A stretch of DNA of 64,000 nucleotides from assembly GCA_963841435.1 (NCBI GenBank), contig CAWJCS010000006.1, positions 96,001 through 160,000 of the forward strand. Direction: 5' to 3'. This document shows positions 1-9,943 of the stretch, piece after piece. The translations under genes and the position numbers were made by a program. The DNA is from an uncultured delta proteobacterium. GTDB taxonomy: Bacteria; Myxococcota_A; Polyangia; Polyangiales; Polyangiaceae. The notes beneath the pieces were generated by a model, which did no database searches, was not told the DNA's origin, and saw only the letters and a list, made by a program, of their open reading frames with translations. How positions within the stretch are numbered: the stretch's first letter is position 1; the number at the start of each line of letters is the position of its first letter.

Positions 1-420
1 TGCACCAGGAAGCCTGCCACGAGCACCGGTAGGGTCGAGACCACACCGACGGCGAGCGTTCGCCGCGGCGTGCTGGGCAAGAGCGCTGCCCGCATGCTCA
101 GCATGGCGATGTTCGAGATGACCCCGATGGGCAGATTGGCCGAGGGCGGCGCGCCGCGATCCAGCCCCGGATGAACCGCTCCGGGCGAAAGGTAGCTCCC
201 AGCTTCGCCCCAACGCCAGCACGCCGGCCACGTTGGCGCTCACGTCGTAGGCAATGGCGAGGATCGCCGTCACGCCGAGCCAGAGCGCGAGGCGCGTCCG
301 CAGCAGCTCGACGGCTTGCTCGCTCTCCGGCGTTGCGAGCAGGGCGGGCGGGGCCCCGACCGGCAGCGTCTCCGGGTGCTTCGTCTCGGGGGCGATGGTC
401 GGGGCGATTTTGCGGACTGT
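1..420 (-). pseudogene. 5' part of a membrane protein (resembles the TM region of myxobacterial Ser/Thr kinases); frameshifted, runs off the window edge
   Basis: Minus strand reads ...LLRTRLALWLGVTAILAIAYDVSANVAGVL..., then in another frame ...NIAMLSMRAALLPSTPRRTLAVGVVSTLPVLVAGFLV; frame switch near 170-200; no clear start codon. Confidence 0.35.
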
Positions 421-538
421 CTCACGAGAGCCCGCGCGCTGTCGAACTCGACGGCCGCCTTCCCCGCGAAGCTAGCGAGGAAGGCCGAACCGGCGCCGCC
501 GCCTCCCCGGAGGCGCGACTCGAACGCGGCCTTTCTTG

Positions 539-1780
539 CTAAAAGAAGAGCTGCATCTGCGTCGTCCAGAGCACGTCCTTCGTCGTCGCGAGGGTCGGTC
601 GCGTGACCCGACGGTAGCCGACGTCGGTCTTGACGTTGAGCGTGTACTTGTCGATCCAGAAGTTGACGCCGCCGTGGGGGGCGATGACCTTCACCGCGGG
701 CTCAGCGGGCGCCGGCGGCGGATTCTTGCGCGCCTGCAGGTAGTCGAGCGAAACGATAGGCTCGATCCATGCGATTCTGAAGCCCACCTCGCCGAATGCG
801 GTGATGCCACCCTGGGGCAGGTTGCTCGAGCCGATCGTCAACGTCCCCTCGGCATAGTAGAACGCGGCGGCCTTGCCGACGAGCTCCATGTCGTCGCCGA
901 ACGGCAGCTCCGCGAACACGTCGCCGCTCAACGCGAGGTATTTGCGGCGGTCGCCGTTCACTTTGTACATCGCGTTCGACTGGAAATCGACGCCGACGCC
1001 CACCGACACGATCGGCGTTTCCGAAAAGTAGATGCCCTTCACGAAGAAATCTTTTTCGCTGCCCAAGATGTTGCCGCGCACGTGGGCTGTCACGCGGGGC
1101 AAGCCTCGCTCGTTGAGGGGCGGGGGAGGCGGTACCGGCGGCATGGGGGGCGCCGGCACCGCGCTGTTGCGGACGCCCTCGAAGACGCCCAGGCGGTAGT
1201 GGAGGTGATCGTCGAGTAGCATTCCGCGCAGCTGGACACCCACGTCGCGCCAAATGCGACCGGTGGAAAACCGGATCATTTCCGCGTGATAGTCGAGGCC
1301 GTTGAGCCCCGTCGCGCCTTCGATCGTGTGGTGGCTGAGCGGCACGAGCATCAGCCCCGCGTCGAGCGTGATCTCCGGGGCGAAAGCGTACGACAAGAAG
1401 GCGTCCTGAATGAACGTGGTCGTCGCATAGGCTCCACCCTTGCCCAGATTCGGCTCGTCCGTTTCCACGAAGAAACTGAGCTGCTTGGTGGCCGAGCCGT
1501 ACAAGAGCAGTCGCGTGCGGCGCAGGTAAAAATCGTAGGAGGGGCCACCCTCCGGGCTCCCGATGCCCGCGGAGCACGTGGTGCGCGTGGCCGAGCCGCA
1601 CGGCCCGGTTCCACCGCGGGAGCCGGGCGACGTGAGCTGAAACCACGGCTGCAAGAGCACGCCAATCTTGAGCGCGACGCCCTTGTCCTTGTCCTCGAAG
1701 ACCTGAACGGCGCGGGCGGGGGGCGCCCAAAGGACCACGGCCGCGCAGCAGAGCACGAACGCATACTTCAGCAGTTTCAC
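539..1780 (-). CDS. Outer-membrane porin (OprO/OprP-like)
   Basis: Signal peptide, FYLRRTRL, IQDAFLSY and RDVGVQLRG motifs, amphipathic strands, C-terminal Phe. Confidence 0.75.
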   Translation of the reverse strand: MKLLKYAFVLCCAAVVLWAPPARAVQVFEDKDKGVALKIGVLLQPWFQLTSPGSRGGTGPCGSATRTTCSAGIGSPEGGPSYDFYLRRTRLLLYGSATKQLSFFVETDEPNLGKGGAYATTTFIQDAFLSYAFAPEITLDAGLMLVPLSHHTIEGATGLNGLDYHAEMIRFSTGRIWRDVGVQLRGMLLDDHLHYRLGVFEGVRNSAVPAPPMPPVPPPPPLNERGLPRVTAHVRGNILGSEKDFFVKGIYFSETPIVSVGVGVDFQSNAMYKVNGDRRKYLALSGDVFAELPFGDDMELVGKAAAFYYAEGTLTIGSSNLPQGGITAFGEVGFRIAWIEPIVSLDYLQARKNPPPAPAEPAVKVIAPHGGVNFWIDKYTLNVKTDVGYRRVTRPTLATTKDVLWTTQMQLFF

Positions 1781-1865
1781 GACAAACTCCCAGGTATGGA
1801 GTCGGCTTGGGACCGACTCGGAAGAACGTACTACTCGAGCTGATGGGTGATTGAGTGTTGTTGAT

Positions 1866-3476
1866 TCAGATGGTGTGAAGCTCGTGCACGGACGCAGACT
1901 CTCGGATGAAGAGCGCCCCCACCACGACCGTCAGCAACGAGACGACGACTGGGTACCAGAGCCCGGCATAGACGTTGCCGGTCGCTGCCACGAGGGCCGT
2001 GGCGGTGAGGGGCAGCATGCCTCCGAACCAGCCGTTGCCGATGTGGTAGGGAAGCGACATCGACGTATAGCGAATGCGGGTGGGGAAGAGCTCGACGAGG
2101 AACGCCGCAATGGGGCCGTAAACCATGGTCACGTAGACCAGCTGCAGGAGCACGAGCAACACCAGCATCGGCATGTTGACGTCGTCCGGGTTCGCCTTGG
2201 CCGGATAGTGGAGGGCCTTGAGCGTCGCCGTGAGCTCCGCTTCGTCGAACCCGGTGATCATCTGGCCGTTGATGCTCGTGACGGGGCGCTGGCCGGCTAC
2301 CGCCGGCGTCGTGTCGAAGGAGAGGCTGCGCTTGGCGAGAAAATCCCTGATCTTGTCGCACTCGCTGTACTTGGTGCTCGGGTTCGGGAAGAGGTGCACC
2401 TGGCATTCGTTCGCGGTTAGGTGGATCTCCGTCGTCGCGCCGAACGCTTCGAGCGCCGGGTTTCCGTAGTGGGCCATGCCCCGATAGATCGGGAAATAGG
2501 TGACGGCGCCGAGCAGGCAGCCGAGGAGCATGATCTTCTTTCTACCGATCCGATCGGAGAGCCAGCCGAAGAACACGAACAGCCCCGTGCCGAGCACCAG
2601 CGTGATCGCCATGATGTCGTAGGCCGTCGTCCAGTCGATCTTCAGCGTGCCCATGAGGAAGAAGAGCGCGTAAAATTGCCCCGTGTACCAGATGACGCCC
2701 TGCCCCGCGGCTGCGCCGAAGAGAGCGATGAGCACGATCTTCAGGTTTTGCCAGTTGCCGAAGCTGTCACGAAGCGGCGCCTTGCTGCCCTTGCCCTCCG
2801 CCTTCATTCGCTCGAAAACCGGCGATTCGTTGAGCTTGAGGCGGATGTAGACCGAGACGGCGAGCAAGACGAGTGAGACGAGGAAGGGCATGCGCCAGCC
2901 CCAGTCCTTGAAGGTGGCTTCCTCCATGGTTCGCCGGCAGGTGCCGATGATGATCAGCGACAGGAAGAAGCCGAGCGTGGCGGTAGTCTGGATGAAGCTC
3001 GTGTGCAGTCCGCGCTTGTCCTTGGGTGCGTGCTCGGCAACGTAGGTGGCCGCGCCGCCGTATTCGCCACCGAGCGCGAGGCCCTGAGCGAGCCGCAACA
3101 GAACGAGCAGGATGGGCGAGAGCATCCCGATGCTCGCGTACGTCGGAAGCAGACCCACGGCGGCGGTCAACAGGCCCATCACGAGGATCGTGACGAGAAA
3201 AGTGTACTTTCTGCCGACGATGTCGCCAATGCGACCGAAGACGAGCGCGCCGAACGGCCGTACCAAAAAGCCGGCCGCGTACGTCGCGAAGCTCGCCAGT
3301 AGCGCCGCGGTCGCGTTGCCCGATGGGAAGAACAGCGCCGCGAAGAACGGTGCCAGCGTGGCGTAGAGGTAAAAGTCGTACCACTCGAAAACCGTACCGA
3401 GCGACGACGCGAAGATGACTCGACGCTTCTCGCTCTCTTCCCCCGCCAAGGGGGCCTCGACCGTTGCCTGAACCAT
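1866..3476 (-). CDS. MFS transporter, metabolite:H+ symporter (MHS) family
   Basis: GTVFEWYDF, RPFGALVFGRIGDIVGRK, GLALGGEYGGA, ELFPTRIRY motifs; about 12 TM segments. Confidence 0.95.
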   Translation of the reverse strand: MVQATVEAPLAGEESEKRRVIFASSLGTVFEWYDFYLYATLAPFFAALFFPSGNATAALLASFATYAAGFLVRPFGALVFGRIGDIVGRKYTFLVTILVMGLLTAAVGLLPTYASIGMLSPILLVLLRLAQGLALGGEYGGAATYVAEHAPKDKRGLHTSFIQTTATLGFFLSLIIIGTCRRTMEEATFKDWGWRMPFLVSLVLLAVSVYIRLKLNESPVFERMKAEGKGSKAPLRDSFGNWQNLKIVLIALFGAAAGQGVIWYTGQFYALFFLMGTLKIDWTTAYDIMAITLVLGTGLFVFFGWLSDRIGRKKIMLLGCLLGAVTYFPIYRGMAHYGNPALEAFGATTEIHLTANECQVHLFPNPSTKYSECDKIRDFLAKRSLSFDTTPAVAGQRPVTSINGQMITGFDEAELTATLKALHYPAKANPDDVNMPMLVLLVLLQLVYVTMVYGPIAAFLVELFPTRIRYTSMSLPYHIGNGWFGGMLPLTATALVAATGNVYAGLWYPVVVSLLTVVVGALFIRESASVHELHTI

Positions 3477-3962
3477 CCGCCTGTACCTTTCTTCTGCCCC
3501 CCGGGCCGCGCGAAACCCGAGCGCTCGGCAGACCCTGAAGTCAGCCTCGCCAGCTCGACACCACCTAACTGATTCCGCCCGAGGAGAGTCTCAGTTCTCA
3601 ATGCCCCATACCATAGTGTTTGATCGTGAGTGATCTTTCTTCTGGCGCTTCGAACTGACGTTCGAGGCGAAAGAACGTCGCGCGCCATCGTGTCAACTGC
3701 GCGCGATGAGAGTGAGTTCGCCACTAATGAGAAACGGAAGCGTCGTTTCCGCACTGCAATGCAATTGTTTGCGTCTGCGACCGTGCCTTTTGCTCCGCTA
3801 CGGCAAAAGTGCTTCGTTCGAGGAAGTCAGTCGTCGCGAACGTTGCTTGTTTGAGAAAAGCGATCTCGTGTCGCCGTGGAAGTAGCGGCGAGTCATCCAA
3901 ACGGCGGTTGCCGAGCTCCGTCGGCCGGCCGCCCGCTTGCGCACGGACCGAACGAGCGGTGC

Positions 3963-4053
3963 GCGAGGTGGAGGTGCTGCGTCTCGTTGCTCGCGGCTCT
4001 CCAACAAGGAGGTCGCCGGGCGGCTCTTCATTTTCACCGAAGACGGTCTCGCG
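3963..4053 (+). pseudogene. LuxR-type HTH remnant
   Basis: Two compensating 1-nt corrections give REVEVLRLVARGLSNKEVAGRLFISPKTVSR. Confidence 0.7.
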
Positions 4054-4119
4054 TGAGCTGGCTCAGGGGCGTCGCATCGCCTCGAAGTGCGTTCGTCCCA
4101 GCCGGCTCGAGCGCCGTGA

Positions 4120-4556
4120 CTAAATCGTTTTAACATCGACGCCTGTCCCCACAATCACACGACGAACGTCGGGTCTTCGTCGGGCTGGTGCACGGACCGC
4201 CAGTCCGAACACATCGATCTGAGCTGCAGCGGCCTCGGCGATATCTCGAATCTGGGTACGAAAGTCGGGCAGGCAGGCTGGCTGCCCGTCTCGGTCCAAG
4301 TCGTCGACTGCAGCGTGGGGCTCGGCAAGCACTCGCTGTGAGCGCGCCGCGGACCGCCGGGCGAGGAGCTTGCACCCGCGCCGCCGGACCCCGTGAGCCC
4401 GCTCGAGTTGGAGCCCGTGTCACCGCCGCAGCCGACCGTGCCGAGGCAAAGGACGAGCCCCGTGAGCAGCGGCGAGGCATGTTCGCAAACCCTGCGCTCG
4501 GAGACGGCGCGGCGTTCGGGGGAATGGGGCATGCTTGTCCCGACGAAACTCGGCAT
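4120..4556 (-). pseudogene. Probable degraded lipoprotein fragment
   Basis: Lipobox-like LVLCLGTVGC followed by a short G/S linker, then no coherent domain. Confidence 0.3.
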
Positions 4557-4630
4557 GGGATAGTGCGCGGAGTGAGCCGTGAGCAGGCGCCGGGCGGCGC
4601 GACCGCGCGTCTTTGGTGTCGCGGCGTGCG

Positions 4631-5896
4631 TCAGGGGCTCTTTGGGGGCGCGCCCGTGCCGAACCACCGCTTTTGCTCGGACTCGAGCGCCCGGAGCAGA
4701 ATCCCCTGAACGGCGAGCGGCTCGATGCGGTGCCGCTTTGCGAGCTCCTCGGTGAACGACGATTCGTTCTGACAGCGGACGAACAGGCGCGCCTCGGGCC
4801 AGCGGCGGCGCACGTGCAGGGCGCACTTCAGGTTCACGATGTCGTCGTTGCCCCCCACGATGATGACCGGCGGTGCTTCGAAGCCCTCGAGCCGGCCAGC
4901 GATACGATCCCACGTCTCGGGATCGGCGAGATCGCCGTTGACCGGTTCCGGTGTAGAGAGCGTACCGGCCACCTGGTCTCGGTATTTTCTGAGCGCGAGC
5001 TTCGCGTCGTGATCAATCACGAGCAGCCGCGCAATTTCACCGTGCGCCTGTCGGTCCAGAAACTCGAGGATGGTCTGCCCGAAACGGCCGAACCCTGCGA
5101 GCACCACGGGGTCGCGCGCGGCGGTGACCTTGAAATAGGCACGTAGGTGATCGTCGTAGAGGTGTCGTGCCGCCATGCGGTGGGCATTGAACACGAAGAC
5201 GCGCTCGCCGGCCTCAGCGTCGCGGATGTCTCTGACGGCGCGTCGCATGCCGATGTCGGAAACGTGCGCGACGACGCGCAGGCTCGGATGTTCCTTGGCG
5301 AGGCGAAACGCAACCTCGAGGTTCGTGAGGTCGTCGTCGGTCACGAGCGCCACGGCACGGGCCCGGGAGAGCCGCGCGCCATCGAGCGCGCGCTTGAGGT
5401 GCGCGTCACCCTGCAGCACGACGACGCGCTGATACTGGCGGGCGTGCGCCACCGGGGCCTGGGAGATGTCGCGATCCATCGCGAGAATGGGCGTGTGAGG
5501 CTCCCATTTCCGGAAGGCTGCAACGAACGTGGTCCCGAGGCGTCCGAGGCCGACCACGACGAGGTGTCGGTTCAGCCCCACGCGCTCGATGGCGCCGGAT
5601 CCGACGAGGCGGAGCGCGCCCTCGATCACGGCGCTCGTCGTGATGAGCGGCGCGGCGAAGTACGCCCCCCACAGCGTGGCGCGCTCGACGAGGGGGCCCC
5701 CGACCGGCATGCCGAGGTCGAGGCCGCCCATCACGAACAGGCCGGCCGCATAGTAGATCTGCGTCATCAGGTCCGCGCCCGCGAGATCGGTGCGGTTCGT
5801 CACCGCGACTCCTGCACGGAAAGCATGCAGGGCTAGGCCGAACACGCCGACGAGCAGCAGTCCTCGCACGAACCAGCCGATGCGCTGTCGATCCAT
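4631..5896 (-). CDS. Membrane protein with two TrkA-N (RCK) NAD-binding domains, putative ion channel
   Basis: N-terminal TM segments; HLVVVGLGRLG and VVLAGFGRFG Rossmann motifs; TDDDLTNL and NDDIVNL. Confidence 0.85.
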   Translation of the reverse strand: MDRQRIGWFVRGLLLVGVFGLALHAFRAGVAVTNRTDLAGADLMTQIYYAAGLFVMGGLDLGMPVGGPLVERATLWGAYFAAPLITTSAVIEGALRLVGSGAIERVGLNRHLVVVGLGRLGTTFVAAFRKWEPHTPILAMDRDISQAPVAHARQYQRVVVLQGDAHLKRALDGARLSRARAVALVTDDDLTNLEVAFRLAKEHPSLRVVAHVSDIGMRRAVRDIRDAEAGERVFVFNAHRMAARHLYDDHLRAYFKVTAARDPVVLAGFGRFGQTILEFLDRQAHGEIARLLVIDHDAKLALRKYRDQVAGTLSTPEPVNGDLADPETWDRIAGRLEGFEAPPVIIVGGNDDIVNLKCALHVRRRWPEARLFVRCQNESSFTEELAKRHRIEPLAVQGILLRALESEQKRWFGTGAPPKSP

Positions 5897-5899
5897 GCC

Positions 5900-6673
5900 C
5901 TACGCCTGGTGCAAAAGTGGCCGTGCTTCGCGCCGCACGCGATAGTGATAGCCGTACGCCTCGCGAAAGCCCAGCCCGGCGTAGAGCGCGTGCGCTCTGG
6001 GGTTCTCGCGCTCGACCTGGAGGTAGAGGGTCCGGGCGCCTCCCTCGCGCGCGGCACGCGCGAGCGCAGCGACGACGCTTCGGCCGAGGCCTCGCCGCCG
6101 CGCGTGCTCGAGCGTCAGCATGCCGAAGATTCCGAAGAGATCGCCGTGCCGGACGCCGAGCCCGGCGGCGCACGCTTCGCCCTCGAGCGCAATGCTTGCG
6201 TACACGGCGTCCCGGCCGAGCCGGCGGAGCAATCCGAGGAACGCTTCGGGCACGCGCGCGTAGCGTCCCCGTTCGACGACGACGGCGAGAAAATCGCGCG
6301 AGGGCTCGCTCGCGAGGACGGCCTCGTGGGTCGCTTCGGAAGCGAGGGCCGAAGCGTCGGCGGTCTGGATCGAGACGGGCGCTTCGAGCACGTAGCCGCG
6401 CCGTTCGAGGTCCCGGTCGAGGTCGGGCGGCGAAAGCGGGCTCAGCGTGAGGTAGCTCGGCAGGTGACGCGCGGCGTAGAACGCCTCGACCTCGGCGATT
6501 CGTTTGCCGAGTGGGCGCGAGCCGGATGTTTCGGAGGTCCACGCGGAGTTCGCGCGCCGCGTCACGCCCTGCATGGCGCGCAAGACCCAGCCGCCGCGCG
6601 TCTCTGCCTCCGCCGCGGGCCACGCAACGAGCGCAGCCCGCTCGAGCCGGAGCACGTCCGCGGTCGGCGGCAT
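5900..6673 (-). CDS. GNAT family N-acetyltransferase
   Basis: TRRANS, HARRRGLG, LYLQVERENPRAHALYAGLGF; ATG at 6673. Confidence 0.9.
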   Translation of the reverse strand: MPPTADVLRLERAALVAWPAAEAETRGGWVLRAMQGVTRRANSAWTSETSGSRPLGKRIAEVEAFYAARHLPSYLTLSPLSPPDLDRDLERRGYVLEAPVSIQTADASALASEATHEAVLASEPSRDFLAVVVERGRYARVPEAFLGLLRRLGRDAVYASIALEGEACAAGLGVRHGDLFGIFGMLTLEHARRRGLGRSVVAALARAAREGGARTLYLQVERENPRAHALYAGLGFREAYGYHYRVRREARPLLHQA

Positions 6674-6735
6674 GCGCCCGAGCGTAGCAGACTGGTTGGC
6701 GACGTGATGGCGCTCACCGCGCGCGGCCGGCCTAA

Positions 6736-6932
6736 CACTACTGTCAGAGTCTTGGAGGAACAGATCACGATCCGGCAGAGAGAACATGAGCCACGAAAGC
6801 AACTGGCGCGGCCAGCGGGCGGCCGTCTTCGAGCACGAAATGGACGCAAGACGTGGGCGCCGCCGTCCGAAAAGTTCGCCGCTCGCCAATCTGCGAATTT
6901 CTCGAAGGAAACGCGAATTTCTGACAGTAGTG
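6736..6932. mobile_element. MITE-like non-autonomous element (IS701-like ends)
   Basis: Perfect 13-bp TIR CACTACTGTCAGA...TCTGACAGTAGTG; CTAA on both flanks (6732-6735, 6933-6936); no transposase. Confidence 0.75.
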
Positions 6933-8942
6933 CTAAGGCGTGACGAGCACCACCACCGTGCTCGTGTACGCGGTCGAGTCGGAGCCGGACACGGTGAAAG
7001 CAAAGGACGCAAGACCCTGGAAGCCTGCCGTGGGCTGGAATCGCGCCGTGTGGCCGTCGGGCTGGAGCGCGACGGTTCCACCTTGCGCGGAGGATGCCAG
7101 GTAGGTCGGCGACACGTTGGCAAAACCTGCGGCGTACGCCGAGAGATCGACGTCCACGGCGGCGCCGGCGGCGCTCGTGGCGTGCGGTCCGGCGAGCCAG
7201 TTCACGTAGTGCTCGACGAGTGTGTAGCCGTCGGTGGCCTTGGTCATGGCGTCGTCGGCGCTCGGGTTCGAGCCCGTCGCGAGCTCCCAGCTGTCGGGCA
7301 TGCCGTCGTTGTCGCCGTCCGTCGGCCGCGTGCCGCCGGTGATCGAGCCGTAGCCGCTGTTCGGTAGGCCCGTCTGCGACTGGCTCGTGTAGAGGCCTCC
7401 GCCGGGGCCGGCGGTGTTCGCGCCCGTGCCGGTCGTGCCCTTGCCGAGGGTCATCACCTGGCTGATGATCAGGGCGTCAACGGCGTCACGGGGCAGGGGG
7501 CCCGCGAGCGAGATGGCGACGCGAGCGCCCGAGGCGGTGCCGAGCGGCGTGGTCCTCGTCGTCTCGGCGGACCACGCGCTCGAGAGCAGCGTGCCCTCGC
7601 CCTGGTACCAGTACGGCGTCGTCGCCGAGCCGTCGAGCGTACCGTTGAGGTTCGTGTCTTTGAGGTTGCCCGCGTAGTAAATCGACTGGTTCTTGTCAAC
7701 CTGGTACCACGTGTTGTCGGTCCCGGTGGAGGCGGGGCCCATGACGAAATAGTTGTTGAGCACGTCGTGCTTGAAGCTCGTGCTCGTGTGGGTCGTGTAG
7801 CCCGCTTCGTAGTTGTAGAGCACGTTGTTGACGAACACCGTGTTGATCTTCGCGAGGGGATTGCGGTTGTGCGAGTTCGCGAAGACGTTTCTGTACCAGG
7901 CCATCTGGCTCGACACCGACTCGGTGTGGGCCCCGAACTGCTGCCCCGTCGGGTCGGCAATCAGCGAATCCTGAAAGGTGACATCCGTCACCGGGTGGGC
8001 CTGCCAGTCGTCGCTGACGGCGTCGATGTTGTTCCACGGGCCGAATTCGAAGGACGAGTGGTCGATCATCACGTTCTGTGCGCGGTACAGGCTGAGCGCG
8101 TCATCCGTGTCGCTCGCCGTTTCGCTGCCGGGACGGATGCGGAGGTAGCGGCAAATGATGTTCGAGGAATTGGCGAAAGAAATTTCGCCGCCTCGAAAGC
8201 CAATTCCTTCCCCCGGCGCCGTCTGGCCTGCGATCGTGATGTTGCTCTTGACGGACACCGCCGTGACGAGCTGCACGTAGCCCCCGACGTCGAACACGAC
8301 GAAGCGGTTCGAGCTGCTCACGGCGTCGCGGAACGAGCCCGCCCCCGAGTCGTTGAGGTTCGTAACGTGGTAGACGCTGCCGTCGCGCGCACCCGTGGCG
8401 TTTCGGCCGAAGCCCTGCGCACCGGGGAACGCGAGCGGGGGCCCGGCGGGGCCGCCGCCTACGCCGGCGCTACCCGACGACCCGCCGGTGCCCGCGCTAC
8501 CCGATGACCCGGCGGCGCCCGCGGTGCCGCCTTGTCCCGCGCCGCTCGTCCCTCCGTCGCCGGCGGAGGCAGCGGTTCCAGCCGCGCCACCTTCGCTGTC
8601 GCCCGCCGTCCCGCTGCCGCCCGTCCCGTCGCCGCCGCTGCCGCCCGCGGCGCTCGAGCCCGAATCGCCGCCGCTGCCGCTCGTTGCGCCCGAGCCACTG
8701 CTGCCGCCCGTTGCCGCGCCGCCAGTACCGGTGGCGCCGCTCCCGCCGCCCGTCCCTGCGCCCGCGGCACCGCTCCCGCTCGCACCGCTGCCCGAGGCGC
8801 CGCCCTGTCCGGAAAACGTCCCGCCGCTCCCGCCACTTTCGTTCGACGGAGCGCCAGTGCTCTCGCCGCCGCCCGAGCAGCCGGCGGCAAGCACGAGAAC
8901 GGACGGAAGCAATGCGGAGGCTAGCGAGCGAGTTGGCGGCAT
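6933..8942 (-). CDS. Pectate lyase (PL1-type) lipoprotein with Gly-rich linker and C-terminal Ig/cadherin-like domain
   Basis: Lipobox LAAGC; AFPGAQGFG, VTNLNDSGAGSFRDA, TIAGQTAPG, IDHSSF, HNRNP motifs; DGDNDGMPD. Confidence 0.9.
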   Translation of the reverse strand: MPPTRSLASALLPSVLVLAAGCSGGGESTGAPSNESGGSGGTFSGQGGASGSGASGSGAAGAGTGGGSGATGTGGAATGGSSGSGATSGSGGDSGSSAAGGSGGDGTGGSGTAGDSEGGAAGTAASAGDGGTSGAGQGGTAGAAGSSGSAGTGGSSGSAGVGGGPAGPPLAFPGAQGFGRNATGARDGSVYHVTNLNDSGAGSFRDAVSSSNRFVVFDVGGYVQLVTAVSVKSNITIAGQTAPGEGIGFRGGEISFANSSNIICRYLRIRPGSETASDTDDALSLYRAQNVMIDHSSFEFGPWNNIDAVSDDWQAHPVTDVTFQDSLIADPTGQQFGAHTESVSSQMAWYRNVFANSHNRNPLAKINTVFVNNVLYNYEAGYTTHTSTSFKHDVLNNYFVMGPASTGTDNTWYQVDKNQSIYYAGNLKDTNLNGTLDGSATTPYWYQGEGTLLSSAWSAETTRTTPLGTASGARVAISLAGPLPRDAVDALIISQVMTLGKGTTGTGANTAGPGGGLYTSQSQTGLPNSGYGSITGGTRPTDGDNDGMPDSWELATGSNPSADDAMTKATDGYTLVEHYVNWLAGPHATSAAGAAVDVDLSAYAAGFANVSPTYLASSAQGGTVALQPDGHTARFQPTAGFQGLASFAFTVSGSDSTAYTSTVVVLVTP

Positions 8943-9194
8943 CGGGGCTCGAGCGAGTGAGGGAACGACACGTTCCTACTGAGTTTACTGGTTGCGACCC
9001 GCGTACGAAATCCGTCACTGAAATGCGCCGGAGGCCGCGGTGCTCGGGTTTTTGGGTGCCGGGGGCGGCACGCCCCCGAGGGCAGAGCTAGTGCTGCGCT
9101 GCGAAGCAGAGGCGCGGGCGAAGGGCCCCCAGAACCAGCGAAGCTGGTCGAGGGATGTGCTCTAGTGTTGGGACCGTGGTCATGCCCGGACCTC

Positions 9195-9740
9195 TCAGCT
9201 CGCGCAAGGTGGCAGGGTGCAGACCCGGGGCCCGCCGTTTCTTTGCACGCAGTCGAGCCCAGAGCTGCAGTCGACGTTCACCGTGCACTCGTCAGCGCTC
9301 GACTGGCACGAGAATCCCACGGGTGAGAGGCAGCCCGACGTGTACACCACGCACAGCCTGCCGCCGCCGCAATCGGAGTCCGTCACGCAACTAGCCGGGC
9401 CGCTGCACGTGCCGCGATCCTCGCCGCACAGGCAGAGCGTCCCCGCCTCGCAGTCCGAGTCAACGGTACACGCGTAGTGACAGAGGTTGGGGAACGCGGC
9501 GACACCGTATTGGACGAATCCTCGCGTGCAGTACCCGAGTGGCTTCTCGTTACAGTCGAGGTCCGAAAAGCACTCGTCCCCGTCGGGCATCGTCGACGGC
9601 TCGAAGGTCTGGCCGCCCTTGACGTAGGCCGGACATGTTCCCACCGAAGGCCGATGCACGACCCCGTTGTCGCAGCGCTCGAAGCCGCCGCCAGGCGCAA
9701 TCTCGTGTGGATTGTCGCAGGGGGTCGGCGACGGCGAGGC
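9195..9740 (-). CDS. Cys-rich protein, N-terminus missing or uncertain
   Basis: Repeated CxxDxDC units; frame open to a stop at 9741-9743 with no signal peptide. Confidence 0.55.
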   Translation of the reverse strand, partial: ASPSPTPCDNPHEIAPGGGFERCDNGVVHRPSVGTCPAYVKGGQTFEPSTMPDGDECFSDLDCNEKPLGYCTRGFVQYGVAAFPNLCHYACTVDSDCEAGTLCLCGEDRGTCSGPASCVTDSDCGGGRLCVVYTSGCLSPVGFSCQSSADECTVNVDCSSGLDCVQRNGGPRVCTLPPCAS

Positions 9741-9943
9741 TCAGCAACGGCGTCGAGATCCTGCGGTTCACGACGGCGTTGCTCACGCAAGCGTCATGCC
9801 GATCGCCATGTAGGCGTTTTCTCGCGCGTGTCGGCGTGCTCGCCGGCACAAGCTGGCACAAGTGCATCCCACCCGACGACGGGCATGCCCTGCGCCGGCT
9901 CTCGTCACGCCTTGCCGGGAGGCCCAGAGCGTCGCCGCGGGGC

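Noticed and set aside
9061-9180. GGGGGCG-GCA-CGCCCCC hairpin and two CTAGTG sites resembling REP or IS ends
   Set aside because: No paired TIR, target duplication or second copy in the window
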